A stretch of 34,878 bases of DNA from Paramecium tetraurelia (taxonomy: Eukaryota): contig CT868441.1 in assembly GCA_000165425.1 (NCBI GenBank), forward strand, positions 248,001 through 282,878, written 5' to 3'. Within the stretch, counting starts at the first letter, position 1. Each line of letters opens with the position of its first letter. Positions 33,522 to 34,878 of the stretch are shown piece after piece. A program made the position numbers and the translations under genes. The notes below the pieces were generated by a model, which was given only the letters and a program-made list of their open reading frames with translations, had not been told where the DNA came from and did not search any database.

Positions 33522-34692
33522 GTTTTATTAAGATATTAATTTTTAAAAAAGGGAACACCGGAATTAAAATTTATGTATTAAATTTTATAATATAAAAACC
33601 AGTTTTTGTCAGAGAATCTTTGATTTTGAAAGAATTAGGATCGACAATAAACAAATTTTATGCCATTCATATAAATTCCTGTTAATCATTGCCTCTATTC
33701 TCTGAAATGTAATCATAGATGTCACATAATAGTAATTAATTTATTTATTAATTTCTACAATATAATTATAATTATAATTAATACTTTTAATCCAAAATTA
33801 TTTAAGTATAAGTATTTTTATTTACTTCAATTTTCAGTAATTTACTTAATTATGCAATTTAATTGCTAAAATGCAAATAAGATTTACAAATTCCCTTATA
33901 GTATCAAATAAATTCAATAATTAGCTATTATGAATTAGTGTGTAATTTAGTAGTAATTAAATTGATTATTGTCAATAATTATTACATATAATAAAGTTAT
34001 CACATATTCCTAATTATTAAGATCTATATTATGTAATTAAAAGAGTCAATTAATCAATTTTTAAATGCAATAAAATGATTGATTAAAAGTAAAACCATAA
34101 GATTGTTTATTGAATATGATTTAATAATTATTTTATTCAATATATAATTGTTTACATAAATTCTTTTTAGTTTGATATTTAAATCAGCAGATAAGAGGTT
34201 TTTAAATTATTTAATGAATGATTGTTTTCAGAATATTTTTATTTTTGAGAGTTATATTATTTTTAGATATTTAACTTAATTATTAGGATCTTTTCCTAGG
34301 ATTGTACAATTCTCAAGAAACTTGTAATTATTTTCAGAGTAATCAGAATCAAGAAAAAAGGATTTTTATTTGATGGGGATGAATAATTTAGTAGTTTGTT
34401 ATTAATCAAAATTGTTTTTAAATCTAGAAATTAGTTAATAAACTATTTGATTTATTAATTTAGGATTAAGTGTCTATCTATAAATTTATCAATAATTATG
34501 ATCAATAAATGTCAGATCAGTTGTAAAAATGCAATTGCGAATGATTATTAAAACATAACGAAAGTATTTTTAAAATAATAAACACCGTCTTTTTAAGTTT
34601 AAACCAAAAATTACTTAGATTGCTGAATAATTCAAAAAAAATTAAGTTTATTATTATTATTAATTAAATTAAATTAAAATTTTTCTTTTGTG

Positions 34693-34878
34693 ATGGAATT
34701 CCCTTTTCCATCTTTGTTCTGTCTAAATTATTAGGAGAGCCTTCTATCCTAGCCCACAAACGTGAAAACTTTCGAAGCGAACTCAGATAGAAGAGTCTGA
34801 ATTAATTATTCAGCAAAAATAGAGATAGATCCAGAACACCTATTCAATGGATTGGGTTTCACGGTTAAGGTTTGGGTT
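34693..34878 (+). CDS. 5' fragment of a gene with an importin-beta-binding (IBB)-like motif; frame-broken and cut off at the window end
   Basis: ATG at 34693 follows an AT-rich leader. HKRENFRSELRQKSLNQLFSKNR (34755-34823) is in a different frame from that ATG. GC content rises relative to the flank. Confidence 0.45.
34852..34878 (+). repeat. Possible start of a Paramecium telomeric tract (G3T3/G4T2-like)
   Basis: TTGGGTTT at 34852-34859 and GGTTTGGGTT at the very end (34869-34878). Fewer than two full repeats in a row. Confidence 0.35.

Noticed and set aside
33522..34690. tRNA, ncRNA, CRISPR array or mobile element in the AT-rich terminal gap
   Set aside because: No cloverleaf, repeat-spacer pattern, terminal inverted repeats or sustained ORF visible by eye
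1..34878. Bacterial interpretation and the supplied ORF track
   Set aside because: Conserved proteins (RPS24, arginine kinase) read through TAA/TAG as Gln and several contain tiny spliceosomal introns. The listed ORFs are fragments, off-frame reads or antisense shadows.

Overview
This is eukaryotic, AT-rich, gene-dense DNA with the hallmarks of a Paramecium-type ciliate macronuclear chromosome. TAA/TAG read through as Gln (translation table 6), TGA is the only stop, introns are tiny (about 19-30 nt, GT...AG) and intergenic gaps are very short. The supplied ORF track uses the wrong code and shows only fragments. Re-translating by hand gives about 18 genes: an EML/HELP-WD40 protein (5' end outside the window), a 74-aa acidic protein, a 2-TM protein, THOC3/Tex1, an EF-hand+PH+kinase (CDPK7-like), a dsRBD-like/coiled-coil protein, a TTLL3-type glycylase with an IQ-motif tail, a USP deubiquitinase, an atypical Rab-like GTPase, a ULK-like kinase, arginine kinase, RPS24, a giant coiled-coil+LamG-like+Rdx-like protein, a coiled-coil protein, a Rdx/SelW-like protein with an E/K/R tail, a Trl1-like ligase-kinase-CPDase, an HMG-box-like protein and a CCT-domain protein. 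There are also eroded pseudogene-like tracts and a telomere-like end that interrupts an IBB-like reading frame. The most notable items are: (1) an intact Trl1-like tri-domain protein whose three catalytic centres all appear mutated; (2) two unrelated proteins sharing an extended CxxC-H-TxH Rdx motif; (3) repeated 1-2 nt frame breaks in otherwise healthy genes; (4) clustered promoter motifs. All calls come from manual translation and remembered family motifs. No searches were run.
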